DNA of 43,994 nt from Octopus bimaculoides (GCF_001194135.2 NC_068981.1:136384983-136428976); one strand, 5' to 3'. Counted from the stretch's first letter, positions 11,141 to 25,785 are shown. Made by a program: numbers and translations. The notes: a model not told the origin generated them from the sequence alone.

Positions 11141-13230
11141 ATTACATTTAAACTACATGTTTAATATCAGTTTTTCTTTTTTTAATTAGCAGTCATTAGT
11201 ATTTTAATCATTCTAATTTTCTTTTGGAGTTGGTGTATCATTAAAAAAAAAAGAGCACAAAACCTTAGCTTTCTTTTCAATTTTAAAATGAAACTTACTT
11301 TATAATTACATAATCTCGAGGTCTTAGAAAACAAACATTTTAATAGATCTGTTTACAGAATTTGTGGAGTTGATTTTGATGCTGGAGTGAGCTGTTTGTC
11401 TGGATACCTTTAAATTTAATAATCTTGTGAATTTTCCACTCCAAGAGGCCTATCATTTAAGCTTTGACAGGAAGTGCAATTTTTTGTTCGTTAAAATTTA
11501 TAAAACAAAGAAAACTAAATTGAATATCATATGAAGTTAATACATTGTTTTCCTCTAAACACTTGACTTACGTGAACCAGCTGAACTTCTAACAAATATT
11601 TTTTTCTACTTCTCCTGTCATTACCTTCTTCTGCTTTTCCTAATCTCATTGTCTTCTGCTTCACATTTCTCCAAATATTTGTATTTTATTTTGTTTTTAT
11701 TTTGTTCATCTCTCTGGAAATGTTGTCATTCATTTAAAGTTCACTCTTTCTTTATTGACATTTTCTCTTCACTGAATCATTATTACTGGTGAAATGTTGA
11801 TACACTTTGATTACTTCCTAGAATGTCATTCTGAAAGTAAAAGAGATAAAAATAACTTTTTTTATAATTCTAAATATTCTAAGATAATCATGTTTTATTC
11901 CAAATAATTTTTACATAAGTCTTTCTGCAAAATACGTATTTATTTTATTGACAAATATTACTTAAGTTTGAGCAACCAGACAAAGTTTAAGTCATGATCA
12001 TTTGAATATCTGTTTTCCATGTTGGCAGAGCTTTGGATGGATATTCAATACATACTATTTGTATTGATCTAGTGTTCTCATTAACAGTGCACGATATTCT
12101 GAAATTTAAGATTATTTCCTTGTATATTTTTATCTTTATTGGTTTTCCTTTTTGAGTGTGTGTGTATTGTTTTTGTTAGTTTTTGCTACCCAGTAGGTTG
12201 CTTATATTTTCCTATGTCAACAATTAGTGCAGCATCTTCTCTTGCATATATTGCATATTTTCCCTTAATGTGCAACTACCTTTTCTGATGGATGAGGATG
12301 GACATTAGCCATTATGAATAATACCTTGTTCCATAATATTAGCAAGGTATACTTCTTTGATATTCTAACATATATGGATTTAATTTTAGATAGATATTTT
12401 ACTTTCTGTCTTGCAAGCTACTCAGCAACATCACTAGTGCTGATGGCTTGAAAAAGAACCAAGTATACACTGTAAAGTGTTTAGCATTAGGAAGGGCATC
12501 CAGCCATTGAAATCCTGTCAAAGCTGTCATTGGAGCTCACTGGATATTGTCAAACCATTGAACCTATGACAGCATGATAAAACAGACATCAAATGATTTT
12601 TAACATTGCTATGTCAATTAGACTGTCTTAGCAGCATTGTATGAATAGCTAGTTCGAAAAATGTTTCCATAGAAATTGTATTTTACAATTTAGAATATAT
12701 TTTCTTTTTTATACTACAAATTCTAAGCAGATTTGTTGATATTTGAAAATTTACAACAACTCTGATAAATTCTCTAAAACTCCTTGCACTGTTTTGATAT
12801 TTCTGTTCTGTGAGTGTTGCTCTAATAGCTGTATTAGAGCTGTACTCTTTGGAATGGCATAAAACCACAAACTCCTTTTATTTCTTTCTCTACAAATGAT
12901 ATTTCTCATGTGAAGTTTTAGCATTTGGGTCACTCTTAGCTGGAAGTGTCTGGTTACTTTATTTTTCTGCTTCAAATATATTCTGGCCAAAGATAGGTGA
13001 ATTCCTTGCCCTTTGTAAATTATTCTGTTTATTTAGTAATCTTGTTTGTTAATCTTATTGTTATTAATTTAAGAGTTGTACAATTTCTAAGTTACTGCCA
13101 ACCCTTTTTAATGACTTGGATGAACAGATACTGGTTCTATATCAAAATTGTATCTTTTTTTCTTCACTTTTAAATATTGTACAAATTTTCAATTCATTAT
13201 CCTTTTCCCCACCAAACTGATTTTTAAGTA

Positions 13231-14760
13231 CTGTAAAAGCCCATGTAATTTTTGATCACTTTTTTTTGCTAAAACAAAAATAAATTTTAGGGGGTGTGTA
13301 AATTACATGAGTGGATCGTTTCCAGAATTTTTTTAGATTATTTTTTGTTGAAAAATGACATACAAATGTAAACATTCATATGGGAAGTTGACTCATTTAA
13401 TGTCAGAATAGGTTTTTACAGAAAAAATGAGGTTGACTTTTATTTATGCTGGACAGTATAATGCTTACTTTTTCTGTATAAATTTACTAAAACCATTAAA
13501 TGGTTAATTGCTTTTTGAAGTTTGACATTCATGCTAGTAATCATGGTCTGGGCCATATTTTACATTGCTTGGAGTTTCTATCTGTCGTAATGAAGCTTGA
13601 CAATTTCTTTAAATAGATCAGTTTTTCTCTGCTTAAGAAGTCTAGCTTGCGTTTGCCTCCAGGAAGCTATTGCTTACTTTCTCCACATTAGGACAATGAA
13701 ATTCATCACTGCTACTAGCCCTTACTGCACCTAACGACAATATCATGATTCATCCTTGTGCATGTAAACTCACTAAGTGAATATGAATTAGCGTTCCTAC
13801 AGAAACTTTAATTTACCTTATACGATGTTTAATGTCATTTCACATTGATGTTGAATTATGCAGCAATCTTATGTTCTCTTCATAGAACACTTGTAATGTA
13901 TGTATTACCACTTTTGGCATAGTAGATTTTTGCTATTCTTATGTCTCCTCACAGATGTGTATATTCTAACAAGTTGCTTCTTAAATTTCGCATCTCTCTT
14001 GTTCAATAAACACTGAGTTAAACTTGCAAAAGCTGTTTATTTTCACCTTTCGATTTTTGTTTATTTTAGCAGGTTACCAAACTATCAGTTTGGTCTCCTG
14101 GCTAAAACGGTAATGACAAATTTTAAAGTTTGCTTGACATTTTATAAGTGAGAAAGAGATTAAAATTTCAATACTCCATATCAAAGTTTCTGACAAGAAT
14201 ATGAAGAAAATCAGATCTTGAGACAAGACACTTTCAAATAATCAGAATTCTGTTTACATAATCAGTTTGATCGGTCACCTTCCTCTGTCGGTTGAGTAAA
14301 GTGTCATCCAAGCTGATGTTTATTGGTAATTAAACTTAGTTTGCAACACTTGTTCGTATTTATCAGCTTTGTTTTTGTTAAGAATTATCAACAACTTTTC
14401 CTGTGATTGTGATTTGAGAAGACTTATAGAAGTATGCTAAAGATCAGACATAATCTCTTGTGGGCAAGAAATGTAAAATAAAGTTTATTATAAACACAAA
14501 CACTTCATAATTTTATAGCTTTCAGTGTGATACCTGTTAAGCAGAAATTATTTTTATTCAATGAAAATTTAATAAAATCTAATAATTGAAATTATGCTAG
14601 ATACAACTAAATTGAAAACCTTTTCCCTCTGGCCATATCGGTAATTCTGAAAACTTTTGGGTGTGAGTTTTACCTGAGTAAAAGCTTTCTTTAACAATTT
14701 TTATTCTGAAAGTCATCTGCATAAATTACACAGGTGTGCAAATTACATGGGTTTTTACAG
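13231..14760. mobile_element. pogo/Tc2-like DNA transposon, decayed (1530 bp)
   Basis: TA flanks (13229-13230, 14761-14762); 21-bp TIR CTGTAAAA(G/A)CCCATGTAATTT with 1 mismatch; subterminal repeats of the TGTAATTT motif. No intact transposase seen. Confidence 0.72.
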
Positions 14761-15299
14761 TAGTTTTCTAGACTGGCATTGATAAGATAGAGTTGATGTG
14801 TATCTACTGAACTGAATTGTTTCTTCCATCTCTGCATCCTTAATTCTTTTTTGACCTGTTATTTTCTTTAAAAAATAGCAAAAATGAGGCCAAAAGTAGA
14901 ATATTTTAAACCTGTATTACGATATTAATTCTTAGCAACTTCTAACTTTATACACAAATATATATATAAAAAGGGGTGTTGTTTTTCAGTCCTGAATCAC
15001 CTGATGAGGTTACTTTATGGTCAGATATTCTATACATGACCAACCAGACATTTTTGTAAACCCAGGAATACATTATCCATTATACCTCCACCTTTTTCTT
15101 TTCTTTAAGTGGTTGCATGCTTTAAAGGAAATCTGGCTGCTATATCTTGTAGGTCAAATATAGGAGTTTCATTTATTTCAACTTATTTCATTTTCCTTTA
15201 TCAGATAATTTGTTTAGGTATATTCTTGATAATCTTGATCTAAACTGAGATAATACTGATAAAATTCAGCTAATAGGTTTCTTTTTCTCTTTTTACCAG

Positions 15300-15353
15300 C
15301 AAGTGGAAAAATGGGACTTCCATCAAATAGGAAAAGAACATGAGGCCAAAATG
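15300..15353 (+). CDS. raw: Raw-like coding exon
   Basis: tttctttttctctttttacCAG acceptor, ATG|GTATGT donor. 54 nt, phase 0 to 0, QVEKWDFHQIGKEHEAKM, continuing the NP|QV..W....E..AK motif. Confidence 0.9.
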
Positions 15354-15772
15354 GTATGTAGGAAAATCTTTCTGAAGGCTCTTTTTAAATCTATGAAAAT
15401 GTGAAATGTTTTTCTTGCTTCATTAATCTTCTTTCATCCAAAATATTTTGAAACATTGACATAATTAATCCTCAACATCTCTTAGAATAGATAAATCTAC
15501 CTTTGAGTTTCAAGAAAAAAATCCTTTAGAAAACAATGTGTAAAGCAAGTATTTATGAATGAATTGTCATCCTTTAACTCTGCTGGTGAAAGTAAATTTG
15601 ACAAGCTAGTGGCTTCTCCAAAACATAAGAGACGGATTTTTATGGATTACTTCTAAAATAAACTAGTGCAGTGATAAAGAATTGCAAAGAGACTAAGCAA
15701 AAGAGGAATAGAAACAAAGTGAAGCAGTAAAAATTGTATGCTATCTTTATTTCTATCATGAAACTACTAAAT

Positions 15773-16294
15773 CAGGGGTGGGGAAATTTTTTTTAGTGTG
15801 GTGGGCAAAATTTTCCTAAGAGAAAGGTCTGCTGGCGGATCACAAATTCTAACTCTTATATCGGTATAAATGTTGTATATATCTATGTATAATTCGATAT
15901 ATATTAATAAAGGTAAGTTTAAGACATTAGATTATGTAATTTCTTCATTAATGCTGCCATTGAATTTAGGATGTTTGTATTACTTATGAGGTATTCTATA
16001 CTTTTCAGCTAGAGTCTCAAGGGGGTGGTACAAACCTAGCAATATGTGTTTTATAGTAATAACAAAATTTTTATTCAAATGGCAATTACCAGACGATTCT
16101 CTGTTCGAGTCGAACCATTTTAAGTCATAGTGGAAACACAACCTATGTTGCAAATAGGCATGCAAATATTGTATAAATTTTGAAATTGAAAAATTTACTG
16201 TATTTTATATATACAAGTATAGCAGCCTGCAGATGCAATAAAATGGGCTCGCGGGCACAATTGTGTCTGCAGGCAGGGGTTTTGTACACCCCTG
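15773..16294. mobile_element. hAT-type non-autonomous DNA transposon (522 bp)
   Basis: TIRs CAGGGGTGGGGAAA / CAGGGGTGTACAAA with a perfect 8-bp TSD TACTAAAT at 15765-15772 and 16295-16302. Confidence 0.9.
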
Positions 16295-16469
16295 TACTAA
16301 ATCTATAATTGTAAACCTATAGTGTAGTAGTCATGCAAACAGAAAGAGTATATATAATCCTTGGGCAAGCGTCTTCTACTATAGTCTCAGACTGACCAAA
16401 AGAGCATCATCTGGCCATAGAAAAATCTACTTCAATGAATTTCGTTTAAAAATATGATGCTCAAAACAA

Positions 16470-16880
16470 TGATTTTATATAATCTTGTCATCTGCTTGTC
16501 TCTTGGATCTGAGGATCAATTTTTCTTCCTGCATGAATATTTGGACCTTTAATGCCAGTGGGGAAATGTGGCTAATGAAGCCAATCCTCACATAGAACAT
16601 GTGGTTGAATTGGCTACATGTGAATGTTGAAGTCGGTTGTGGTTGCTGCAGTCTGGCCTTTTGTTGTCATTGTCTCCCCTGCTCCTCCTCTTTTCTCTTT
16701 CAAACAATATTATATTATGTTATGTTTTGTCGGTTGGTTACAGTCATCTCAAAAGCCAGGGTGTCAAAGCTGGTGTGCCTTAGAGTTGACTTTAGCTCAT
16801 CTTTGTAGTGTTGAAAATCTCCTATTTATCTTTTCCCAGTTTCCAGTTCACAAGAGGGAGAGGGTACAGTGAAATTGCAA
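16470..16880 (-). mobile_element. RTE-clade LINE 3' end remnant with C-terminal zinc finger
   Basis: Minus strand SCELETGKR*IGDFQHYKDELKSTL...KARLQQPQPTSTFTCSQFNHMFYVRIGFISH, matching RTE YGEL..GKR..G...RYKD.LK and F.C..C.R.F..RIGL.SH; an RTE-like tail follows near 16490. Confidence 0.75.
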
Positions 16881-17857
16881 TGGGTAGTGGAGTATTTAAT
16901 ATTTTAGATAATTCTTCTTCAGAATAAAGATGACAGAAGGTTAATAAAAAATGAATTTGAACTAAGATTTAGTTGAAAGCAAAATGTTCATTTAAACCTG
17001 TTATGAATATGAAACGCTCCTTCCTTTTCTTTGAGTATGTGGATCCATGTGTGTGTGTGCAGAGATGCTGCCCACTGTTTAATGGGTAATGAAACGGCCT
17101 GTAATCTTGAAGCTCCATAGCGACCAGCCATATACAACTTTTTAAAAGTATCTAACCACACCTTACACCACTGGTAGTTTTCAGTTTTAGAACATCATGT
17201 AACAAAAAAAAAAAGTCATTAATATTGCCAGAAACATGTTGGAGAAACCATCTTAGAGAAATGGTTTATATATTTCATGCTACTACACAATCTCATTAAG
17301 ACACAGTAACTTGTTTAATTTAATGTCAACCAACAAATCCTCTCTGTACATAGTGTATATTATATCCGGTGCATTGGCAAGTAAAAGTAAAGCAATATAT
17401 TTCTTCCTACAATGACTGAATTAAAATGATGAATGATATCTTAGAATTTAAATCAAATTTTTTAAAAAAGGGAGAAAAAAATATCTAATTGAAGCCTAAA
17501 ATAAAAGAAACATCAAGCATTCTGCTTATTATCATGTTAGATCAGAATATGTATCAAATATAGGAAATTACATAAAATTGAGAAAACAGTGGATTGTAAT
17601 TTGAATGAATTTAGATACGGAATCTTTTCTTTGACGTGTCTGTGACATGGAGAAGGCATTTTCTTTGAAAAATGTATTTTTGTTTCTTGTTGCTGTTTTG
17701 TTTTATCAGTGCAACTCTGGGAATCAATCTAATGGAATGGAATATATCATTCTTATTAAATATAGTTTCTTTGAAATAGTCTTATCTACTTTGTCTTGGA
17801 ACTAATAGGGGAATAAATGGCTGTGTGTGTGTGTGTGTGTGTGTATCTATCTATCTA

Positions 17858-17901
<44 letters not shown>

Positions 17902-18450
17902 GTTAATTTTACGGTTGGAATTTTCAGAATAAGACATTTACTGGTGGTGGTAGTGGTGAACTCAATGCTAAAAGTAAATTCAAATTTATTGTAAGATTAG
18001 TTTTGACAGGAACTTCAATTTTCACCTAACAGTTTATACAGACAGTTGTGCAATTTTTCTTTTTAATATTATATAGCAACAGAAGCAGTATTAATACCAA
18101 AAAGCTATCTGGATATCCAACTTAATGTGGATGTTTTGTTAGAACACTGAGAGGCAAGTATTTGGTATTCCAACAAAGCCTCCATGTTCAGCTGGATATA
18201 AAGATTGCTCTCTTTCTCTCTCTCTCTTTCTCTCTCTGTATGAATGTATGAGGGCATATGATGCACATTTCCCCCAAAAAATTCTCAATCACCCTACATC
18301 CTATATACAAATTTTGTGGTGGAGGTCTAATTACTTGTTTTAATGCATTCAAAATTATTTTCCTAGTGCACTGTTGAAATTGGGAAACATCTAATATGCC
18401 CATGCATTTTTTTTGCCATCAAATATCCTTTGTATTTGTATGTTTATGTA

Positions 18451-18666
18451 CAAGTGGGTGCTTGAAAGTTCCTGGCTTTGGATAAAAGAAAATACAGGAG
18501 GATCAGTTAATTATGATTTTATTCAATATATTTCCCTCTCAGATTCACACACATATTGCAGTGTTCTTTCAGTTTTCTAAGCCCTGTAAAAGAACTCAGA
18601 AGTTTGGGCCTCCAACCAGGCCTTTTGCGATATCCTTAAAGCCAAGAACTTTTCAGCACCCCCTCG
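18451..18666. mobile_element. Tc1/mariner-type MITE (216 bp)
   Basis: TA at both flanks; TIRs CAAGTGGGTGCTTGAAAGTTCCTGGCTTT / CGAGGGGGTGCTGAAAAGTTCTTGGCTTT. Confidence 0.85.
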
Positions 18667-19287
18667 TATGTATATAATATTGTAACAGTTTAAAAGATCA
18701 TTCTCATTTTAGCCCTAGACTGGGGTGAAGGAAAATTTCTCATCATTGGTTGAATAAGCTGTTAGGTGAAACTTGAAGCCCCATGTACACACATGCACAC
18801 AAGAAAAAGCAAGTTTATCTGTTCATGATTTTCTTAACTTCTTGAGAATAACTTCATAAAGAATATGGTAAATAAGATACTTATAGAATTAAGATATTTT
18901 AATGCAAACAACATTTTGGTTATATAGATTAAATTCTTCAATTAGATTACTATAAAATAACTAGCAATGGGTCAAACTACATGTGAATTGTAAATATCCA
19001 ATAATTGCCATTTGTTATGCAAATATTGTTTAAATTTCTGCATTTGTTTTCCATTAGGATTTTCAAAATTCAGTCACAGCCTCTGTCTTTATCCTTCCAT
19101 ATGTCAGTACTAATCTCTATGGGAAATTTCCAATAATTCAATAAGAACAACGCATTGCACTTATGGCATTCTTTTAGATGTGTTTTCCAGGCACAGATCA
19201 CTAAGATGCATCATATTTGAACACTGGCAGTACTGAGAGAAAATTTTAGCTTATTAGCTGTAACTCACATTTAAATGATGTAACAGT

Positions 19288-19632
19288 AGGTGCAGGCATG
19301 GCTATGTGGTAAGAAGTTTGCTTCTCAACCACATGGTTCAGGGTTCAGTCCCATTGCATAGCCCCTTGAGCAAGTTTCTTTTACTCTACCCTTGAGCTAA
19401 CCAAAGTCTTGTTAGTGGATTTGGTTGAGGGAAAAACTTAAATAAGCCTGTTGTATGTATTTGTGTGTGATTGTTTGTCCCCCACCCACTGCTTGATAAG
19501 TGTCAGTGTGTCTACATCTCTATACTTAGTAGTTTGGCAAAAGAGACTGATAGGATAAGTACCGAGCTTATTAGGGTAGTGTCCCAGTGTGGCTGCAGTC
19601 TAATGTCTGAAACAAGTAAGATATAAAAGATA
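19288..19632 (+). mobile_element. SINE family A (full length)
   Basis: Colinear similarity to 8284-8655. Confidence 0.87.
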
Positions 19633-21542
19633 ACTGAGCCATATTAGATAAGCAGTAACATAGTCATATTAGCCATAACTTCTTTGCTGGGAACCTTTTT
19701 TTTTTTTTTTTTATTCCAACCTGCTTGAGACTTTTCTGAATCTATTATACAAACTTATTGTTTTTAAGTGATCTAAATTAAAATTTTGCATCAAAATTTC
19801 ATTTTGTGTTTCAAATACTGACCTAATAATGACAAAGTAATTTCATTAAATTCTTCAGGATTTTCAAAATTGAAACAAAAATAGTGTATTTCATCAGAAC
19901 TGTGGTAACATAAGGGTTGATTATCTGGCCTGCTTATATATCAAATGTATATATATTTTTGATGAACCTTCATGTGACCTGTCACTTTATGATGACTTTC
20001 ATGGATCAGTTTTAAGTATCTGGAAGATTTGCATTTCAAAATAAGATGCATCTTATTTGCTTTGTTTGTTTCTCAGTTTTGTGTGTTAACAAGAGTTTGT
20101 TAAACAACATAACCTTTAATTTTTCTCCGATAAAATCACAGCTCATAGGATTGCCAAACTATATTAAGTAGGAAGATGAATTCTTTTGGAGATTTTAGAA
20201 GAAACTGAATTGAACAGCTATTTACTACCCAAAGAAATCATTCCTACCAATGGTTATATGAAAAATGCAATCTGCATATACTTACAATTGAAAGCTGACC
20301 ACTGTTGGCAAATATTCTGTTTTCTTGCAACAAAGGATTAGAATTACAATTGAGTTCCACTCAGATCTACATCTGATTGTATTCAACATGGCCAATGCAG
20401 AAAACTCATTTCAACACACACACACATGCATGCATGCTGCTCACTCACTTTACAATTGGCATGACAATGACATCACTTTGATATACACATTTCAAAATAT
20501 TGTCTGAAGGAAGACTTGAAAAATAACTATATCAACCTTAGTTTAAATGAAAATTTGACTCAACAACCTTGGTTTTAGATATATCTTGCTGGCTATGGCT
20601 TTTATTTAACTGATATACCTCAGCTTGAGCTAATCAGACCATCAGATGAACTTTTCACTGGAAATATATCAGTATTCTCTATAAACACTAATTAATCCCG
20701 ATACACAGTAAATGTGTATTGTGAAATCCCTATGTTAAAGAGCCTATAAATTCTCTACAAATGAAGCAATGTAAAAAGAAATGAGTAGAATAACACAATA
20801 GATATAAATAAACTAAAAACCAATCTATAAAGTCTTTTTTAAAAACCCCATATGAATCTAGTAAAGTCAAACAGCTACACAGTCTATTAGATGGAGCAAA
20901 AAGATTCAGTCTATAAAATTGACAAACTTTTCGTGAAAAAATGAAGAACATAAATCTGAATACATGCAATCACAAACTTGGTATTAATGATGCTGTGATA
21001 ATGATATTTAAGTGTTATCAAACTACAAAAGCTTGAACAAATGTCAGATGACCAATGTAATGTACAAATTCAGAAAACTGAAAGTGGCAAACATCATGAC
21101 TATAACATTAAAATCAGATACACTTTTTATGCCAGCAGACTATATTTACAACAAAGTGGGCATTGAAACACATTACTTATCAAAAACTGAAATTAGATAG
21201 AAAAATTACTAGTTAAAACAATTATTTTACATAAAATTCCTCTAAATCTAGATTAGGCTTAACTTTGTTAATAGGAAAACGGAATGCAACATTTAACATA
21301 GTTGTAATATATATATTTAGCTGCTTCCACTTTTATTGCTGATTCTGTCAGTTTAATATGAAGCGCCTGTACACGACTTCTCCACCTCTTGGTTTCAATG
21401 CATACATACGATAATAAGATATTTTGGAGATTTTTTTTTCCTTTCCTTTTACATTATGAGATCTTATTCAGAAATTGATGAATAGGTGTCTTTTTCTGCA
21501 TCTCTGCTAATGTTTTCCCATTTTTCTTTTCTTTCTCTGTAG

Positions 21543-21621
21543 GCTTCGGAAGTGTTGTTGTTTGTCATTGATAACCGAACCCGTGCAAGTTCATCTTTGA
21601 TTGAAATAGCTTATTCAGTTG
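21543..21621 (+). CDS. raw: Raw-like coding exon (carries the conserved IE.AY motif)
   Basis: Long pyrimidine tract + TAG, donor G|GTATGT. 79 nt, phase 0 to 1, ASEVLLFVIDNRTRASSSLIEIAYSV(G), fitting Raw A.VL(L/F)FV...TR....IE.A..G. Confidence 0.92.
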
Positions 21622-23147
21622 GTATGTATGTTTTACATTGTGCATTTACATAATTTACATGTATACACACACACACACACACACACACACTCTCTCTCTC
21701 TCTTTCTCTGTCCCTCATTCCATTGTCTACATTTCATTATGCACATCTATACTATGCTATATATGTTACCATTAACGTAACCATTTTGTGGCTGTTATTG
21801 TAACTAATACTAATACTGCATTCTACATTAGCTGAAACGGTAAATCCAAGTTCCATCCATTAATGAATCCAGATTAAGCACTCAGTGTTTTACTGGCTTT
21901 TGTTTTGTCTCCACTATCATCGCATTGTCCTATATAAAATTGTGTCCTATATAAAATTGTGTCCTATCATCATAAAACTTCAGGAGGCAGAAAAAGATAC
22001 TGTATATACATATCTGTATGTGTACACACACTTTTACTTTTCCTGGGCAATTCACTTGTAGCTATGATGCTGCCATATAATTTGATGTTTTGTATCATTT
22101 CACCTATAACTTAAGAGTTTGATAAAGCCCCAAGCAGAGCTAAAAGAGCTACACTGTAATTGCTAATCCTTTCTTTGCTTCATTAATTGGATCTACATCT
22201 CCAAAATTCCTTCTAGTAATTTCTTAATAGATAATTTTTGAATATCAAACTTTGATTTCTTCTCTCCCAAATGTACTTGTTAAAAGCTGTGTTAGAAAAG
22301 TACTGCAAATAATCAGAAATGCAGTGAACTTGTAATTAGTTTGTTGGATCCCAGTTTTTAAACAAATCTTCAGTAAATCTTCAGTAAATGCTATTGTTTT
22401 GCAAATGTATGTAATATATAAATAGTATAATCATTATCTGAAATATTAAAATTCTTGCTCCGTTTTAGAGTGGTTTTAAGATCTGTTTCACTATAGTTTA
22501 ATGTTAAGTAAAAATGTTGACGTACAGATTATAAGGAGATAAGTTTTTATTGTTACATAAAGCCAACATGGAGATATATATACAAACAGTTCTTACTCAA
22601 TGTACATAGTATATGATATGCATGGTTTCACTTTAGCATGGTTTAGGTCAAAACAGATATACACCATGCACAATAACCACTTATGCTCGTTTCAATAAAT
22701 GATTAGTTTCTTTTTATTATTATACCATTATAAAAAAATATCTCTATTGTTTTACATGGTTTTGATTTTACCATGAGTGATGGAACCAATTTACTGTGTA
22801 AAACAAGGGACAAAAGTATATATTAAGCAAACATCAGTAGGCTTGTATTTTGTATTTAGTTAGAAGTTAGTACTTCTGATGAATATCACATCCTATAATT
22901 TCACTACTTAAATATGAAGGACAGATAATGCTCTTTTAAAAACAATTGCTTCCATTTCAATTTTAAACATCTGAAATTTGAAATGGCGTTACAATTTACT
23001 TCCAAAAACATGGAAATTATTCATGACTTGACCCAATAGAAATATTTTCCAAATCCTCTTTTTTACCACTAAACCTTTTTGTTCTCCTTGTCCTGAGTTT
23101 CTCTTGCTCTTAAGGTCTTAATTACCATTTCATATTAATAACACTAA

Positions 23148-23402
23148 CCCTTACTATACAGGAACCAAGTACACTGTTCTACGTATGTACTTAAAACACT
23201 GGGTCAGAGTTAATTTGGGTTTTTTTTTCCTTATTTGTTTTTTCTTTAGTAGGACAATTACTGGAATTCACATTTCATATGACCTAGTATGCACACTTAG
23301 TTATTGTTTACATAACTTGGGGATATCAATTTCAGCCAATTTTAACAACTTAATAAAGTATCTGCATGTTAGTACACAAAAATTTAATCAGTGCAGTAAG
23401 GG
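23148..23402. mobile_element. piggyBac-type MITE
   Basis: TIR CCCTTACTATAC / CCCTTACTGCAC; CTAA on the left and TTAA on the right. Confidence 0.65.
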
Positions 23403-24193
23403 TTAATCAAGATAGGTCTATCTTGTCAGGAATTGCAACCAATAGATAGTATCAGCAATTTGAAAAATAAACAATGGAATTGTAGTTTCCTTAGTTCAGC
23501 GAGATCAACTGCTGTCATCATCATCAGATAAGTCTATTCAGAGCTAGCCTTGGGCTACACTACAAAAAACTATGATAATCTAGGTAATAAATCTTAATAA
23601 ATAACAAGTCTTTGTTTTTCATCTCTTTAAAATTTTTGTCATTTTTTTAACTATACTCCATTAACCTCTTCATTCCAAGTACTTATTCCTTTAAGGCTAA
23701 ATGCATCACTGTATTTACTTCACAGTAAACTTTGACCGTTGATGCTGCAATGTTCAATGAAGAATTACTTACTGCAGTGAACCAAATATAAAACCAATTC
23801 CTTTTACTGATATGTCACCTGATTGAATAGACTTAGTATAGGTTTCTCAACTGCGATAACGCTAGCTTTTTATTTTATTTTCCATAATGTATCTAGTACA
23901 ACATTATCCAATGTATCTTTCATTTTTTTTTCTTTTTAAGATAGTGTGATTTGACCACTATTTCTAGCCCTACTGAGTCTTGTTATTGTTTAACACCATG
24001 TCATTGAAGCATTCTGACCATACTTTATTTTTGTTCTTTTTTTTCTTACTTTCCTAGAACTATATATTTTTAAAGACAGTTGTTTGCGATATGAGTGAGA
24101 TTTAGCTGCTATTTCTAACAGGTTGAATGACCACATAGAAACTCTCTCATTGATTCCATGAATGTTTTCTGACAATGTTATTTTCTCTTCCAG

Positions 24194-24251
24194 GAAGCCA
24201 AAGACAGGTATTGCTTGTAATCCATGATAATGAGAGCAAGATCCCAAAAAG
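24194..24251 (+). CDS. raw: Raw-like coding exon
   Basis: ttttctcttcCAG acceptor, AAG|GTAAAA donor. 58 nt, phase 1 to 2, (G)SQRQVLLVIHDNESKIPK(S). It exactly bridges the phases of the flanking exons and supplies the expected hydrophobic strand (VLLVI). Confidence 0.82.
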
Positions 24252-24409
24252 GTAAAAACACTTTTGTCTTTTAGGATTTGTGATGTTTCTTGGCCTGGTA
24301 TGAATGCCAACACTTCACATTTTGAAATTCTATTACTATTTTTCTGATTTCATGTTTCAAATTGAAATTTGTCCTAATACTTATTCACACTAGATATGTT
24401 ATCAGTTAA

Positions 24410-24411
24410 AC

Positions 24412-24449
<38 letters not shown>

Positions 24450-24614
24450 TTTCACTTGATGTCTGCATATACATATGTGCACCTCTGCAAAGATAAAATT
24501 ATAAGTTTGTGCATGCATGCACACACACTATTGATTTTGGTGAATTCTAGTAAGCTGCAGCTTTTGATCTAAATGATTCTTTCACTGTACTAATTTTATC
24601 ATCAGCTCTCTCTT

Positions 24615-24646
<32 letters not shown>

Positions 24647-25691
24647 AGCTTAGTTGTACTTAGTATTTGTATTCATGGAAGTATGTGTTGTAAACTCTGT
24701 TCAATGTGTGTTCATGAGTGTTAGTGTGCATATGTGCTTGTATGTAAATATATTGATACAACTGTGCACTTATGTACATTGCTGTGTGTGTGTGTGTGTG
24801 TGTGCGTGCGTGTGCGCGCGCGTGCGTGTGTGTGTGTGAGAGAGAGAGAGAGCATGTGTGTTCATGCGCACATGTTTGTGTGTGTCTATATCTCATTTAA
24901 TTCCCTTCCTTTTTATTTTATCTCGTCTATTATACCTGATAGGCAGAGACTGTGAATATCTGAGATTTGCCAGAGCAGATTTAGTTCCATGGCATTAAAA
25001 ATATGGCTCTGAAGAGTTGATGACAAATGACATTTGCTTGAAGAAGAATTATAGATTTAATCTCATTGATATTTATCTCTAGCTTCTTTTATTCTTATCC
25101 TACTTTGAATAAATATATTTTTACCAAGTAATTACATGAAGCGGCAAATATAAAAATATATATATATATATATATATACAGAGATGCACAGACATGCATA
25201 TATATATATATCCATCCTTAAAGTTTTAAAATCAATGAATGAAAACACAAGATGTTACATACTGACAATACATAAAACTTAGAGGAAATTATGCCAAAAT
25301 GTATGTGTGTGTGTGTGTGCTTGTGATTTTTTTTCTGTCTGTTTCCTTAACTTCTGCTTCAAAGACTCAGCAGCTTATAGCCATGTTATTAGTATACTAG
25401 TAATTCAAGTGGTAAAACCTAAATAAATATACAAATTCTTTTTTTTTTTTTTTTTTCTGTGAATTATGACACATTGTCTACATAGCTGTATGCTATCAGC
25501 CTTCAGTAACACACCAAGTTCAGTAAAATTTAAGCTTAGTTTCAAGATATGCTACCACTTTGATATTTGTGCCACATCGAGTTTCTTTCCACAATGTTGT
25601 TTTAAACATACAAACACACTCTCTCTCTCTTTCTCTCTCTTTCTCTCTCTTTCTCTCTCGTTCTCTCTCGTTCTCTCTCGTNNNNNNNNNN

Positions 25692-25762
<71 letters not shown>

Positions 25763-25785
25763 GGTGTTGTGTGTGTGTGTGTAAT
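24410..25785. repeat. Microsatellite cluster: (CT)n, (CA)n, (TG)n, (GA)n, (TA)n, T-runs
   Basis: Separate tracts near 24415, 24610, 24783, 25158, 25305, 25438 and 25615-25785. Other simple repeats occur at 1555, 17822, 21662, 29365 and 39808. Confidence 0.9.

Noticed and set aside
11300-12420. Possible decayed coding sequence (also 7200-7700, 20100-21200 and 31700-32400)
   Set aside because: Strand-skewed composition suggests old transposons, but I could not read a diagnostic motif in the frames I examined.
21925-22390. Short tandem duplications (18-bp TGTCCTATATAAAATTG(T) and 11-bp AAATCTTCAGT)
   Set aside because: Ordinary slippage duplications with no sign of function.
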